A stretch of DNA of 25,317 nucleotides from an uncultured virus (IMG/VR IMGVR_UViG_3300009168_000001) (IMGVR_UViG_3300009168_000001), one strand, 5' to 3'. Positions 6,855 through 16,339 are shown, counted from the first letter of the stretch. Numbers and translations: made by a program. Notes: generated by a model from the sequence alone, not told the origin.

Positions 6855-7471
6855 GGATCAAGGTCGACTACAGCGCGGTGATGAACTACATCGCGAAGCT
6901 GTCGAAGGCTGAAGAGACCACGACGCCGGCCATATCGGTCGGTCTCAACGAAGTCGGTGACGGCCTGATCACGGTGCTGGCCAGCAACATTGCGAGAGAA
7001 ACCGGACTTGGCGTCGAAGAGGTGCGCGGCCTGATGCAGGTGAAGCGCGCGACCAAAGCCGATCTCAATTACGACATCACCGTCGACGGTCGGCTTCTCG
7101 AAGATGATCCGAGAACGCTGGAGGGCAAGCGCGAGTCGCGCGACTTCGGCAAGCAACGTCCCGAGACGCTGGTCATCATCGTCAACGTCAAGGACGATCT
7201 GGTTTGCATGGACTGTGAAGAGCTCGCCGCAGCGGGGCCGATGCCCATCGAGACCGCGCGCGAGCACATCCCGAAGCATCCGCACTGTCGCTGCACCATC
7301 ATGCCTTACGTGCCGAAGGGAAGGCGCATGCCGGTGCAGATGACGTCACTGACCGGCACGCGAGAGTCGCGACGATCTGGCGGCAAGGCTAACCGCGAGA
7401 TGACGCTGCGGCAGATGGCGCAGGAAATTCTCGACAAGATGGCAACGACAATTCGCATCCAGTTGAAGTGA
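6851..7471 (+). CDS. Lambda gpZ / HK97 gp10-like neck protein containing a MuF-type CxxC...HPxCRC motif
   Basis: N-terminus GLNEVG...IARETGL..EEV...VKRAT..L.Y.I resembles minor tail Z proteins; the internal sequence is DDLVCMDC...IPKHPHCRCTIMPY. Confidence 0.6.
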   Translation: MRIKVDYSAVMNYIAKLSKAEETTTPAISVGLNEVGDGLITVLASNIARETGLGVEEVRGLMQVKRATKADLNYDITVDGRLLEDDPRTLEGKRESRDFGKQRPETLVIIVNVKDDLVCMDCEELAAAGPMPIETAREHIPKHPHCRCTIMPYVPKGRRMPVQMTSLTGTRESRRSGGKANREMTLRQMAQEILDKMATTIRIQLK

Positions 7472-7478
7472 GGCAGCG

Positions 7479-8162
7479 ATGGCGGACGACACTCAACGCT
7501 TACTCGCACAGGTCGCGGACTTACGCCGGCAGATGGCCGATCAATTCCAGCACGGCACCGTGCACGAGGTGAAGGGCACCAAGTTGCGGATGTCGCTCGG
7601 CAAGACCAAGGACGGCAAGGACATCCTGTCGCCGTGGCTCAACACCACCAACATGCGCGGCGGCGCGCGCGAACAGCGCTTCTACAAGAAGGGCCAGAAC
7701 CTTTCGATCATCGCGCCCGGCGGCGATCTCGCGCAGGGCATGCTGGCACCGTTCGCACCGAACAAGGATTTCAAGACGCCCGAACATGCTGACGGATCGG
7801 GGCAGGATGAGGAGAGCTATCAACAGGACGACTATCGCGGCAAGACCACCAAGGAAGGCCACGACCACTGGCTGCAAGAGGAAGAGAAAGAACAGCAAGG
7901 GCAAGGTGGTGGTCAGCAAGGCGGTGGCGGCAAGCAACAGAAGAAGGGCCACACGGGCGGCGACAAGGCGATCATGAAAGCCCGGATGAACAAGGACGGC
8001 GGCCACACCTACCGCGTCGGCAAGGACTCGCGCCTCGCCGCGCACAAGGACGGCGCAAAGATCAGGATGGGCTCTGACTGGGTGGTGGTGACCAAAGGCA
8101 AGATCATCTTCTCGCAGCCACCGATCCTCGGCAAGGACCCGATCAAGAACGACGACAAGTAA
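7479..8162 (+). CDS. gpV: Baseplate assembly protein V / central spike (P2 gpV-like)
   Basis: OB-fold pattern GTVHEV...LRM.LG...LSPWL...GG....Y..GQN..IIAPGGDLAQG; position upstream of W, J and I. Confidence 0.8.
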   Translation: MADDTQRLLAQVADLRRQMADQFQHGTVHEVKGTKLRMSLGKTKDGKDILSPWLNTTNMRGGAREQRFYKKGQNLSIIAPGGDLAQGMLAPFAPNKDFKTPEHADGSGQDEESYQQDDYRGKTTKEGHDHWLQEEEKEQQGQGGGQQGGGGKQQKKGHTGGDKAIMKARMNKDGGHTYRVGKDSRLAAHKDGAKIRMGSDWVVVTKGKIIFSQPPILGKDPIKNDDK

Positions 8163-8180
8163 CTCAACAGGAGAAGCCAG

Positions 8181-8627
8181 ATGGCAAGCATGGTACGGAC
8201 GCCGCGAATCCTACAGAAGTTCTACGTCTACGATCCCAACATCTCCGACACGTTCGGTGGCCTGCGCGTGTTGCAGGACAAGGACGACAAGGGCAACGTC
8301 AAGGACGACAGCAACCACGTGCTCGCGGTGGTGCAGCAAGTGCAGTACTGGATTGATCAGGGCTTGATCGGCGAGAAGCCGGTCGGCGAGATCAGCGCCG
8401 CGCACAAGAAGTTGCTGGCGCAACTGACGCGCGGGCGCAGCGAGGACAACGACGCCCCGCTCCCGCGCATCCCGCGCTATGACCGCAAGGTGCAGTCCGG
8501 TCATCCGGCGCTCGCCGGCCAGCCCGGCTACGTGCAGCGCAAGAACCGCCGCAAACAGCGGCAGCAAGACCGCAAGAAGGAAGGCAAGCCGCCGAAGAAG
8601 CCCGAGCCCAAAGCGGCGCAGGCCTGA
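8181..8627 (+). CDS. Hypothetical protein with basic C-terminus (between V and W)
   Basis: Strong SD CAACAGGAGAA; full ORF with operon-like codon usage. Confidence 0.75.
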   Translation: MASMVRTPRILQKFYVYDPNISDTFGGLRVLQDKDDKGNVKDDSNHVLAVVQQVQYWIDQGLIGEKPVGEISAAHKKLLAQLTRGRSEDNDAPLPRIPRYDRKVQSGHPALAGQPGYVQRKNRRKQRQQDRKKEGKPPKKPEPKAAQA

Positions 8628-8630
8628 TCG

Positions 8631-9200
8631 ATGGCGGATTACGTCTACGATCCAAATCTGGAGATGTGGCCAGACCTCAAGTATGGCCGCATCGTCCTCA
8701 ACCCTGTGCGCATCGGCATGGACCGATACACGGGCAAGATGCTCACGGGTTGGGATCACGTGATCCAGTCGATGCTGTTAATCTTCGCGACCAAGTATCA
8801 CGAGCGCGTTCTACGCCGATGGGTCGGATGCTACGTGCCGCACCTGATCGGCGAGAACGCCACCGAGACAACGATCTGCCGGTTCTACTGGGCCATCGGC
8901 ACCGGGCTCGATCTGCACGAACCGAACTACCGCGTCCAGCGTGTACGCACCAGCACGCGTGCTGACGGAACAAGCCTGACATCGCCGGAGGAATTGCGCA
9001 CCGGCAAGCTGACCACGTCGATGGAGGGCGTCTATCGGCCACGTGGTCATCTCGGCAACAGCGATCCGCAGATCAGGCGCGCGGTCGGTCTGGTGTCGCG
9101 CGGCTACAATCTGTGGGAACGACAGGCCGGCTACGTCTCCGGCGCGCCTGAATACGGCCTCGGCACCACGCCGAACATTCCGCCGGGGAGCAAGCTATGA
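8631..9200 (+). CDS. gpW: Baseplate wedge protein W / gp25-like
   Basis: GMDRYTGKMLTGWDHVIQS..IF.T...ERV.RRW.G..VP.L.G......EP.YR...G.Y.PRGHLG are typical gpW/gp25 motifs. Confidence 0.9.
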   Translation: MADYVYDPNLEMWPDLKYGRIVLNPVRIGMDRYTGKMLTGWDHVIQSMLLIFATKYHERVLRRWVGCYVPHLIGENATETTICRFYWAIGTGLDLHEPNYRVQRVRTSTRADGTSLTSPEELRTGKLTTSMEGVYRPRGHLGNSDPQIRRAVGLVSRGYNLWERQAGYVSGAPEYGLGTTPNIPPGSKL

Positions 9201-10147
9201 GCGACGTCTACATTCAGGCCGGCGGGCAGGCTCTGGCTGACAGGTTGACCGACCGCATCTCGGTCATCCTGCCGGCGAACCTCCAGCCGATGATCGTGCT
9301 GGAGAAGCTGGACGTCGAGACCATCCTTGCGCAGAGGATGGCGCGGCTCAAGCAACTGTGGGCGCACTACGACCCGCCGGCTGCGGCGCAGTACGATGTC
9401 GAGAACCTTGAGTTCGATCCGATCAAGATCAACCAAGAGGTCTGCGCGTATTTCGAATTGCTGTTGCGCGACCGCGTCAATCAGGCGGCGCGCTCGGTCA
9501 CGCTGGCCTATGCGATTGGCACCGACCTCGATGCCATCGCGTCACGCTATCCCGGCGGCGTGCCACGGCTGCCGAACGAAAGCGACGACCGCTATCGTCG
9601 GCGCATCTGGCTTTCGCCGAACGTGCTGTCGCCGCACGGCACCGCCGAGGCCTACGAATTCTGGGCGCTGACCGCGCTGCCTTCGCTGCGTGACGTCACC
9701 GCGATCCGCTCTGTGCAGTTCGATTACTATCCGACGATCCTGATCACCTGCCTGAAAGAACCGCCGGCAGACCCGAAGCCGACCGACGAAGAACTGGTGT
9801 TCGTCCGCGCCTACATCCAGTCGCTGTCGCGGCAGGGACTGACCGACGTCATCTCGGTCAACCCGCCGAAGATCAGGGAGATCGAATACAAGATCGCCGT
9901 CTGGTTCTATCCCGGCACCAATGCCGACACCACCATGAGCCAGATCGTCGGCAACATCGCGACGCTGGTGAATGACCAATACTGGCTCGGCCACGATCAC
10001 AGCCACACCGCGATTCATGCCGCGTGCCGGATGACCGGCGTGCACCACGTCGACATCGAAGCCCCGGAGGATGACGTGATGGTGCCGCTCGACTGGCTGA
10101 TCAAGGTCACCAACGTCACCGTTCGAAACGCCGGGCGTGCCCTATGA
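9197..10147 (+). CDS. gpJ: Baseplate assembly protein J
   Basis: LE.LD.ETIL, LEFDP....EV.AY.ELLLRDRVN.AA....LAYA.GTDLD.IA, RL..ESDDRYRRRI.L.P...S..G...AY.FWA motifs. Confidence 0.93.
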   Translation: MSDVYIQAGGQALADRLTDRISVILPANLQPMIVLEKLDVETILAQRMARLKQLWAHYDPPAAAQYDVENLEFDPIKINQEVCAYFELLLRDRVNQAARSVTLAYAIGTDLDAIASRYPGGVPRLPNESDDRYRRRIWLSPNVLSPHGTAEAYEFWALTALPSLRDVTAIRSVQFDYYPTILITCLKEPPADPKPTDEELVFVRAYIQSLSRQGLTDVISVNPPKIREIEYKIAVWFYPGTNADTTMSQIVGNIATLVNDQYWLGHDHSHTAIHAACRMTGVHHVDIEAPEDDVMVPLDWLIKVTNVTVRNAGRAL

Positions 10148-11586
10148 GCGACATCGTCACCGAAGGGATCATTCCATACCCCGGTGCGAAGCTTCTCTAT
10201 CGCTCGGCGTCAGGCCTCGAAAAGTCGATGGCCGACGTCGATGGCGAGCGGCTGATCGGCACCTACGCCGAGATCATCATCGACCAGTGGGACCCGTACA
10301 AGATCAGCGTCAACAACCTGCCCTATCTCGGCTACGCGATGGGCGTGATGCTGTGGGAGGATGGCTGGAGCGAGTCGACGCAGCGTGAGTGGGTCGCGCA
10401 TCAGTTCGAGTACAAGTCGCTGCGCGGCACGCAGGCCGGCATCGAGATGGCGCTCAATTACACCGGGCGCGATTTCACGGGCGGCTACTACATCGTGCAG
10501 GCGATGCGACCGCCGCAGTGCTTCTTCGCTTCGCCGTCGATGTCGAAGGAGGCCTACGACTTCTGGATTCACTTGCTGCCGGAGGTGCGGATCACGTTCG
10601 AGGAGGGCGTCGGCTGGGACGGCGTCGACGTGATGTATGTGCGCGACGGCGGCGTCAATGACTTCGTCGGGCTCGATGACGGTGAGGCGCTGTACGGTCG
10701 CAAGGCCTACCTGCGCATTCGCGGCGTCGACAAACCGATCCAGATTTATTCGTTCACCAAGACCATCAACGGCGTGGCCTCGGTCGACTTCGAACAGGTG
10801 GCGATCCCGGGACTTGCCGGCCCGGCCTACATGACCGAGGACTTCGTCAACGACGAACAGTTCGTCTGCGCCGAAACCATCAAGCCGCAACTGGTGACGA
10901 TCCGCGTCGACGGCTCATACAACCACGAGCAAAGCCAACTGCATCTCGACACGGTGCTGCCGGGGCTTGAGCCGATTGACGTTCGCTATGAAAGGGAGAG
11001 CGACATCGGCTGGGGCAATTCGTTCTTCTTCGTCGGCGACTGGAGCGACTCACGCAGCCTGTTGCCGGGCGATGAATTCCATCCGGACCACGAACTACCC
11101 GACACCATCCCGCGCCCGACGCATCCGATCATTCTTCCGCCGACGCCACCGAACACGATTCCTTATCCGGTGCCGCCCGTGCCCATCGTCTACTACGCCG
11201 ACGCCGGCTACGACGCGGCGCGCATGCTGGCGGATCGCATCTTCCTGTACGACCCCGACATCGTCGGCACCATCACAGGCGGCATCTCCTACGTCGGCGT
11301 CGATTACGTCTCGTGGCCGGCCTACACCGCCGACCTGATGATCGACATGAACACCGACGACGACGTGTGGAGTTGGTTCGGTGATGAAGGCTTCGTCACT
11401 GACGACAACTACTTTGCGAGCGAGCCTGACCTACGGGACTTCGACCGCAGCAACCGGGCGGTCGTTACATCACAAGCGCTGAGAGATCGGGTGCGCGTTG
11501 CATATGATCCAACGCGCCTGATCGAACTACGTGAACGCGCTTACAACGAAACCACTATTGACCAGCAAGTCGTGAACTTGCTCTAG
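10144..11586 (+). CDS. gpI: Tail/baseplate protein I (P2 gpI-like) with long acidic C-terminal extension
   Basis: LL...AS.LE......WDP......LPYL.YA.GV.LW...WSE...RE.......K..RGT.AGI..AL N-terminal domain; follows J. Confidence 0.85.
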   Translation: MSDIVTEGIIPYPGAKLLYRSASGLEKSMADVDGERLIGTYAEIIIDQWDPYKISVNNLPYLGYAMGVMLWEDGWSESTQREWVAHQFEYKSLRGTQAGIEMALNYTGRDFTGGYYIVQAMRPPQCFFASPSMSKEAYDFWIHLLPEVRITFEEGVGWDGVDVMYVRDGGVNDFVGLDDGEALYGRKAYLRIRGVDKPIQIYSFTKTINGVASVDFEQVAIPGLAGPAYMTEDFVNDEQFVCAETIKPQLVTIRVDGSYNHEQSQLHLDTVLPGLEPIDVRYERESDIGWGNSFFFVGDWSDSRSLLPGDEFHPDHELPDTIPRPTHPIILPPTPPNTIPYPVPPVPIVYYADAGYDAARMLADRIFLYDPDIVGTITGGISYVGVDYVSWPAYTADLMIDMNTDDDVWSWFGDEGFVTDDNYFASEPDLRDFDRSNRAVVTSQALRDRVRVAYDPTRLIELRERAYNETTIDQQVVNLL

Positions 11587-11596
11587 GAGAGGCAGC

Positions 11597-13960
11597 ATGG
11601 AACGCAAGGTTAACATTCAAGACTGGCAGAAGGTCACGGTCGAGGACTTCAACAACTTCGGTCTATTCCCGCGATCTTCATTCGATCACATCGTCGGCGA
11701 TACCCTGATCCCGACGATGGCCTACACGGGTTTCACCACGGTGCAGACTGCGCCAGCGGTGGTCACCGTTGGCAATGGTCGCCTCTATCACGCCGGCCTT
11801 GTGTTCTACAACGACAGTGAAGGCGGCGCGTCGCTCGATCTGTTGGGCGTGCTGCCGGTGGTGACGCGGCGATATGTCGGCGTCGTGGTGTGGGGGCAAG
11901 AGGTCGAGACCGACACCGAGCCGCGCACGTTCCTTACCGATCCGGTAACGCGTGCCACGGTCGCGCGCGTGGTGTCGACCGAGAACCGCCGCTGGGCCAA
12001 CGTCTCCACCGTGGTCGGTGCTGAAGGACCTGATCCGCAACATCCATCGGTGGCGTCGAACACGCTGGCCGTTGCGTGGATATTGCTCGACTCGACCGGG
12101 ATCGTCTCGATCCAGATGGTGGACGAGAACCGCGCGCCGAACCTCACCGATCTCGATGATCGAATGAACGAGATGGATGCGTGGCGTGCGGGTGCCACGT
12201 CGCGGCTCGATACGCTGGCGACCGATATGGCCTCGCTGGCGCTGCGCATCAACGGCACCGCCTCGATGCGGTTCGTGATGAAGGTCGCCGCTGACGTCGC
12301 GCGTGTGAAGGAAGTCCTGAACCTGCCCGACACCTATTCGTCATGGGGTGCCGATCACTTCCTGACGACGGATGAGTCCGACGTCACGCACGTGGACTAT
12401 CTTGCCAAGATCGAGGAGGGCATTCGATTCCCAGATGCCGCGCAGCGTGACGCGCAGATGGGCTTGCTCAACCCGATGGACCCGGCGGTCATCAATCAGG
12501 CCAACTTCGTGCTGCCGGTCTACGACCCGGTGACGCGGCTTGAGGTGCTCGGCAAGGACAGCGACCTGTCGATCTCGCAGTATCAGTATCAAACCATCAG
12601 TTGGGAGTTGTGCGCCAAGACCCGCACGCGGGTGCGCTGGGGCACGGCGTTCTATGTCTGCGCCAACGGCGTCTGGTGGTTCGCACCAAGCGGTCGTGAC
12701 TGGGTGTCATCGATCAACTCCGGCGAGTCACAGGGCGCACAGGCCGGCGGTATGACGCCGAACACCGACCTGATCTTCGATCCGATCAAGAACATCCTGA
12801 CGCGCGGCAACGAGACCTTCATGATTCTCGACGTGCAGGACAACCCGAACCACACCATCCTGCGGCTGGCACAGTACTGGGTCGATGAAATCATCGACTC
12901 GTATTACTGGCGGCAGGTGGTCACCATCGAAGGCCTGTCGGGATCGGTGGTCTCGCAGACCTTCCTCAATTCGCAGGGCGGCTGGCTGATCGCGGTCGAA
13001 CTGTTCTTCTCGCGTATCGCGGCAACCGGCGACGTGCACTGCCTGATCTGCGAGTGCAACACCACCGGCTCGCCGAACTTTGAAAAGACCATCGCGCGCT
13101 CGACCAAGCCGGCGGACCTTCTGCGGATCGATCCGAACGCCACCAAGTTCGACTTCCTGCCGACCTATCTGGCGAAGGGCATTCGCTATGCCATCGTGTT
13201 GCAGACGGCGGGCAACCACTTCATCTCCCTCGTACACAACAACAAGTTCGCGCAGGGCTCGCTGTTCTCATCGACCGATGGCGCGTGGTCGGTTGGCGAT
13301 CTGACCAAGGACATGGCGTTCCGGTTGAACTTCGCCAAGTTCAGGAGCAACCGCTGCGAAGTGCAGTTGCTGTCGCTCGAATTGAACGGCGGCATGGCCG
13401 CGATCGATCTCAACTTCGATAGTACGCGTCCGCCCGGCACCACGATCTCATTCGAGGTGCAGATCACTGGCAACTGGGTGCCGCTCGGCTACTACGCCTC
13501 GAACCCGCTGATCGCATTGCCGCCGCTGTTGCCGTTCCGCGTCTTGCTGGTCGGCACCACGGACGAAATGCCGGGCCTTGGTGTGGCGGCGCTTTCGCGC
13601 ATGCTGACATCGCGACCGCGCTCGGACTTCCGTCATATCTCGACGGCGCGAACGACGCCCGGTCCGGTCACCACGGTCTATTGCGACTTCAGGCTGGAGA
13701 GTTGGCGGGGCCCTCCCTACCACACCTTCACGCCACGGCTGTTGGTCGGTGCCGGCTACGTCAACGTGCGCACGCCTTCGTTGATACAGGACGAGATCGA
13801 TCCGAACGATCCGACCACGCTGGTGCGTTCGTGCACGTGGAATCTCGCCGCCCTCGGTGGCGCTGCGATCACGTCCTACAAGATCAGATCAGAGGGCACG
13901 ACCGACAACGTGCTCGCGACTTACCTTGTCGGTGAGCGCGTCGACATCGCCATCGCATAA
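11597..13960 (+). CDS. Large baseplate/tail structural protein, DUF4815 (VrlC-like) domain
   Basis: Motif SQTF......L..VELFF.......V...I.E...G.P....IA...F...PTYL..G.RYAIVL resembles DUF4815-type proteins. A coiled-coil segment lies around aa 180-240. SD GGAGAGG. Confidence 0.65.
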   Translation: MERKVNIQDWQKVTVEDFNNFGLFPRSSFDHIVGDTLIPTMAYTGFTTVQTAPAVVTVGNGRLYHAGLVFYNDSEGGASLDLLGVLPVVTRRYVGVVVWGQEVETDTEPRTFLTDPVTRATVARVVSTENRRWANVSTVVGAEGPDPQHPSVASNTLAVAWILLDSTGIVSIQMVDENRAPNLTDLDDRMNEMDAWRAGATSRLDTLATDMASLALRINGTASMRFVMKVAADVARVKEVLNLPDTYSSWGADHFLTTDESDVTHVDYLAKIEEGIRFPDAAQRDAQMGLLNPMDPAVINQANFVLPVYDPVTRLEVLGKDSDLSISQYQYQTISWELCAKTRTRVRWGTAFYVCANGVWWFAPSGRDWVSSINSGESQGAQAGGMTPNTDLIFDPIKNILTRGNETFMILDVQDNPNHTILRLAQYWVDEIIDSYYWRQVVTIEGLSGSVVSQTFLNSQGGWLIAVELFFSRIAATGDVHCLICECNTTGSPNFEKTIARSTKPADLLRIDPNATKFDFLPTYLAKGIRYAIVLQTAGNHFISLVHNNKFAQGSLFSSTDGAWSVGDLTKDMAFRLNFAKFRSNRCEVQLLSLELNGGMAAIDLNFDSTRPPGTTISFEVQITGNWVPLGYYASNPLIALPPLLPFRVLLVGTTDEMPGLGVAALSRMLTSRPRSDFRHISTARTTPGPVTTVYCDFRLESWRGPPYHTFTPRLLVGAGYVNVRTPSLIQDEIDPNDPTTLVRSCTWNLAALGGAAITSYKIRSEGTTDNVLATYLVGERVDIAIA

Positions 13961-13974
13961 CTGGAGGACCCTTC

Positions 13975-14469
13975 ATGGCTACCGATAAATTTCCACAACA
14001 GAACGTCAACATGCCGATGGACCCGAAGCGGGTCGAGGCGGCGCGCGAACGGCTATTGGCACCACCGCGCGGTGCGTTGCCTGAGACGTTTACGCCGCAG
14101 ACCAACGGCGGCAAGGGCTCACGGCGCGAGGTGCGCAAGGGTGAATGGATCGATGATCGGGTGATCGAGATCGGCGGTCCGTCGTCACCGTCAGCCGACA
14201 CGCCGCCCGAACTGCCGGCACAACGCGATGCACCTCCGGGCAGCTATGACCCGACCAAGGTCTATTCCATCACGCTCGGTAAGCCGGCGGTGTTCGCCGG
14301 TCGCGTGCTGTCGCCGGCCAAGGCCTATCAGATGACGGGCGAGACCTGCACCGATGTCACGGCCAGCCATCCGGGCGCGATCATCGACGCGGTCGTGCTC
14401 GGCGACATCCCGCAGAGCCCGGACATCGCGCCGTCTGCCGCGCCCGAGAAGGCAAAGAAGAAGGCATAG
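13975..14469 (+). CDS. Hypothetical tail-region protein, Pro-rich
   Basis: SD GGAGG. The small folded core YDPTKVYSITLGKPAVFAGRVLSP..AY...G is flanked by low-complexity regions. Confidence 0.7.
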   Translation: MATDKFPQQNVNMPMDPKRVEAARERLLAPPRGALPETFTPQTNGGKGSRREVRKGEWIDDRVIEIGGPSSPSADTPPELPAQRDAPPGSYDPTKVYSITLGKPAVFAGRVLSPAKAYQMTGETCTDVTASHPGAIIDAVVLGDIPQSPDIAPSAAPEKAKKKA

Positions 14470-14473
14470 CACC

Positions 14474-16003
14474 ATGTCACTGAAGCGGCTCGATGAAGAG
14501 TTCGAACTGAAGCCGGGCACGCAGTTGCTTCCGTACATGAAGCGATTGCTGCCTTCGCTTGAAGGCCGCTTCCAAGAACTGGAAGATACGGCACAGGTCT
14601 ATCTGCGCGTGGTCGAGGACATCCGCGCGGCGGCGCTGTTGCGCATGAACGAGATTCTGGTGCCGGCGACCAAGGCCATTCTGGAGGTGACGCAACTCGG
14701 CTTCTTGCTCGCACCGGTCGACGGTCAATACACGCTGGTGATGGGCTACATGACTTTCCAGATCAGGGAGGGCACGCAGCAAGACACCTTCACGCCATCG
14801 CCGTACCTGTTGATCGAGCACACGGCGGACGATTACGGAATCGCGCGCTTGCTGTCCTACGATCAGGAGCTTGGCATTCTGGAAGTGATGATCACGGCGA
14901 TCCACGGCAACGCCGGCCCGTGGGGCGACTGGATGGTGTCATCGACGCCGGGCATGGCGGACTCAACCAAGCTGTACCACGACGAGGTCGGACCGTGGCG
15001 CGACGAGGTCTTGCTGGCTTACCAAGACATCCTGATCAAGCATCAGGAGATCGTTGACGCCGCGAACGATTTGATCTCGGCGGGCCTTGATCTCTACAAC
15101 TACGTTCGCATCGACGGCTCGACGCCATTCACGGGCGTGGTGAGAGGCGTGCATCCGGTGGTCGGTTCGAACGACGTGTCGTTTGCGACCACGTCATGGA
15201 CGCGCGCGAGGATGAACGAATATTTGATGGGTTCGATGTCGTCAGCGGGCGCGACGATGACCGGCCCGCTGTATTTGTTTGGTCCGCCGACGCAGCCATT
15301 GATGGCGACGACCAAGGCCTATGTCGACGCCGTGCTCGGTGCCGGCGGCCAGATGAACGCCAGTGTGACCATCACCGCGTCGAATCCGTACCTTCGCTTG
15401 CGATCCATCGGGAGCAACGAGAACCGCAGCATCGAGGCGATGTCGGCGGATGGCTTCACGCGATGGATGCTGACGCTTGCCGATCAGTCACCGTTGGGTG
15501 CCAACAATCAAGGCGCGAACTTCATGCTGGCGCGCTACACCGACACGGGCGTCTTGGTTGATTATCCAATCCGTATCGACCGATCCAATGGCATGGTGCA
15601 GGTGCGCGCCGATCCGACAGCCCCGCTTCACGTCGCGACCAAGCAATACGTCGACAATACCAAGGTCGCGATAGCCGGTGGCGCGACCATGACTGGCGGC
15701 AACCGCTTCACGACCTATGACGCGGGCGCGTATGGCGTGGGACAGGTCTTTACGCCGAACGCCTTCTTGGGAAATTACCAGCTTTATCGCAACATGGGCG
15801 CGCACACTGTTGCCGCGCCGACCGCCGACTGTGCGCTCGACATCATGATCTACAACCAAGCCCCGGGCGTAATCACGTTCTCTGGCTATAACGTCGGTCC
15901 CAACACTGGCGACTTGTTTACGCAGACCGCCGGGCACTGGTTCATCGTCTCGATCCGGCGGCTATGGGGCATCTCGACCTACGTCGTCAAGGCATTGCAA
16001 TAA
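14474..16003 (+). CDS. Tail fibre protein
   Basis: Fibre repeats GATMTGPLYLFGPPTQPLMATTKAYVD and ADPTAPLHVATKQYVD, G..MTG motifs, and a C-terminal ~100-aa beta domain ending VKALQ. Start ATG 14474 follows the upstream stop. Confidence 0.85.
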   Translation: MSLKRLDEEFELKPGTQLLPYMKRLLPSLEGRFQELEDTAQVYLRVVEDIRAAALLRMNEILVPATKAILEVTQLGFLLAPVDGQYTLVMGYMTFQIREGTQQDTFTPSPYLLIEHTADDYGIARLLSYDQELGILEVMITAIHGNAGPWGDWMVSSTPGMADSTKLYHDEVGPWRDEVLLAYQDILIKHQEIVDAANDLISAGLDLYNYVRIDGSTPFTGVVRGVHPVVGSNDVSFATTSWTRARMNEYLMGSMSSAGATMTGPLYLFGPPTQPLMATTKAYVDAVLGAGGQMNASVTITASNPYLRLRSIGSNENRSIEAMSADGFTRWMLTLADQSPLGANNQGANFMLARYTDTGVLVDYPIRIDRSNGMVQVRADPTAPLHVATKQYVDNTKVAIAGGATMTGGNRFTTYDAGAYGVGQVFTPNAFLGNYQLYRNMGAHTVAAPTADCALDIMIYNQAPGVITFSGYNVGPNTGDLFTQTAGHWFIVSIRRLWGISTYVVKALQ

Positions 16004-16014
16004 CAGGAGTGAAC

Positions 16015-16308
16015 ATGGCCGACGTTGCATTCTTCGAAGGACGACAGACGACACCCGTTCCGCCGGCACACTCCGTGGTGCCGCCATCGCCGTTGCAGAT
16101 GCTGACGACGGCAATGGAGGTCAATCCTGTCGGCTCGGTGGTCATCACACCCATCGTGCAAGATCAGGTGATCGGTGACTACGTTCGCGAGCTCCGCATC
16201 TTCTCGGCGCAGTCAGCGAGCGCCGAGCCAACCATGGTTCTGATGGTGAGGATGCACGCGCTGACCATCAAAGCCCTCGAAATCGCAACGCCTGCACACG
16301 TGGTCTGA
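16015..16308 (+). CDS. Hypothetical protein (97 aa) between fibre and sheath
   Basis: SD AACAGGAG before ATG 16015; beta-rich C-terminal half. Confidence 0.7.
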   Translation: MADVAFFEGRQTTPVPPAHSVVPPSPLQMLTTAMEVNPVGSVVITPIVQDQVIGDYVRELRIFSAQSASAEPTMVLMVRMHALTIKALEIATPAHVV

Positions 16309-16339
16309 TTCAAACCAACTTCCAACAGGAGAAACCAGA

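Noticed and set aside
14474..16339. Diversity-generating retroelement or invertible tail-fibre cassette
   Set aside because: No reverse transcriptase, no template/variable repeat pair, no invertase and no inverted fibre fragment seen in the window.
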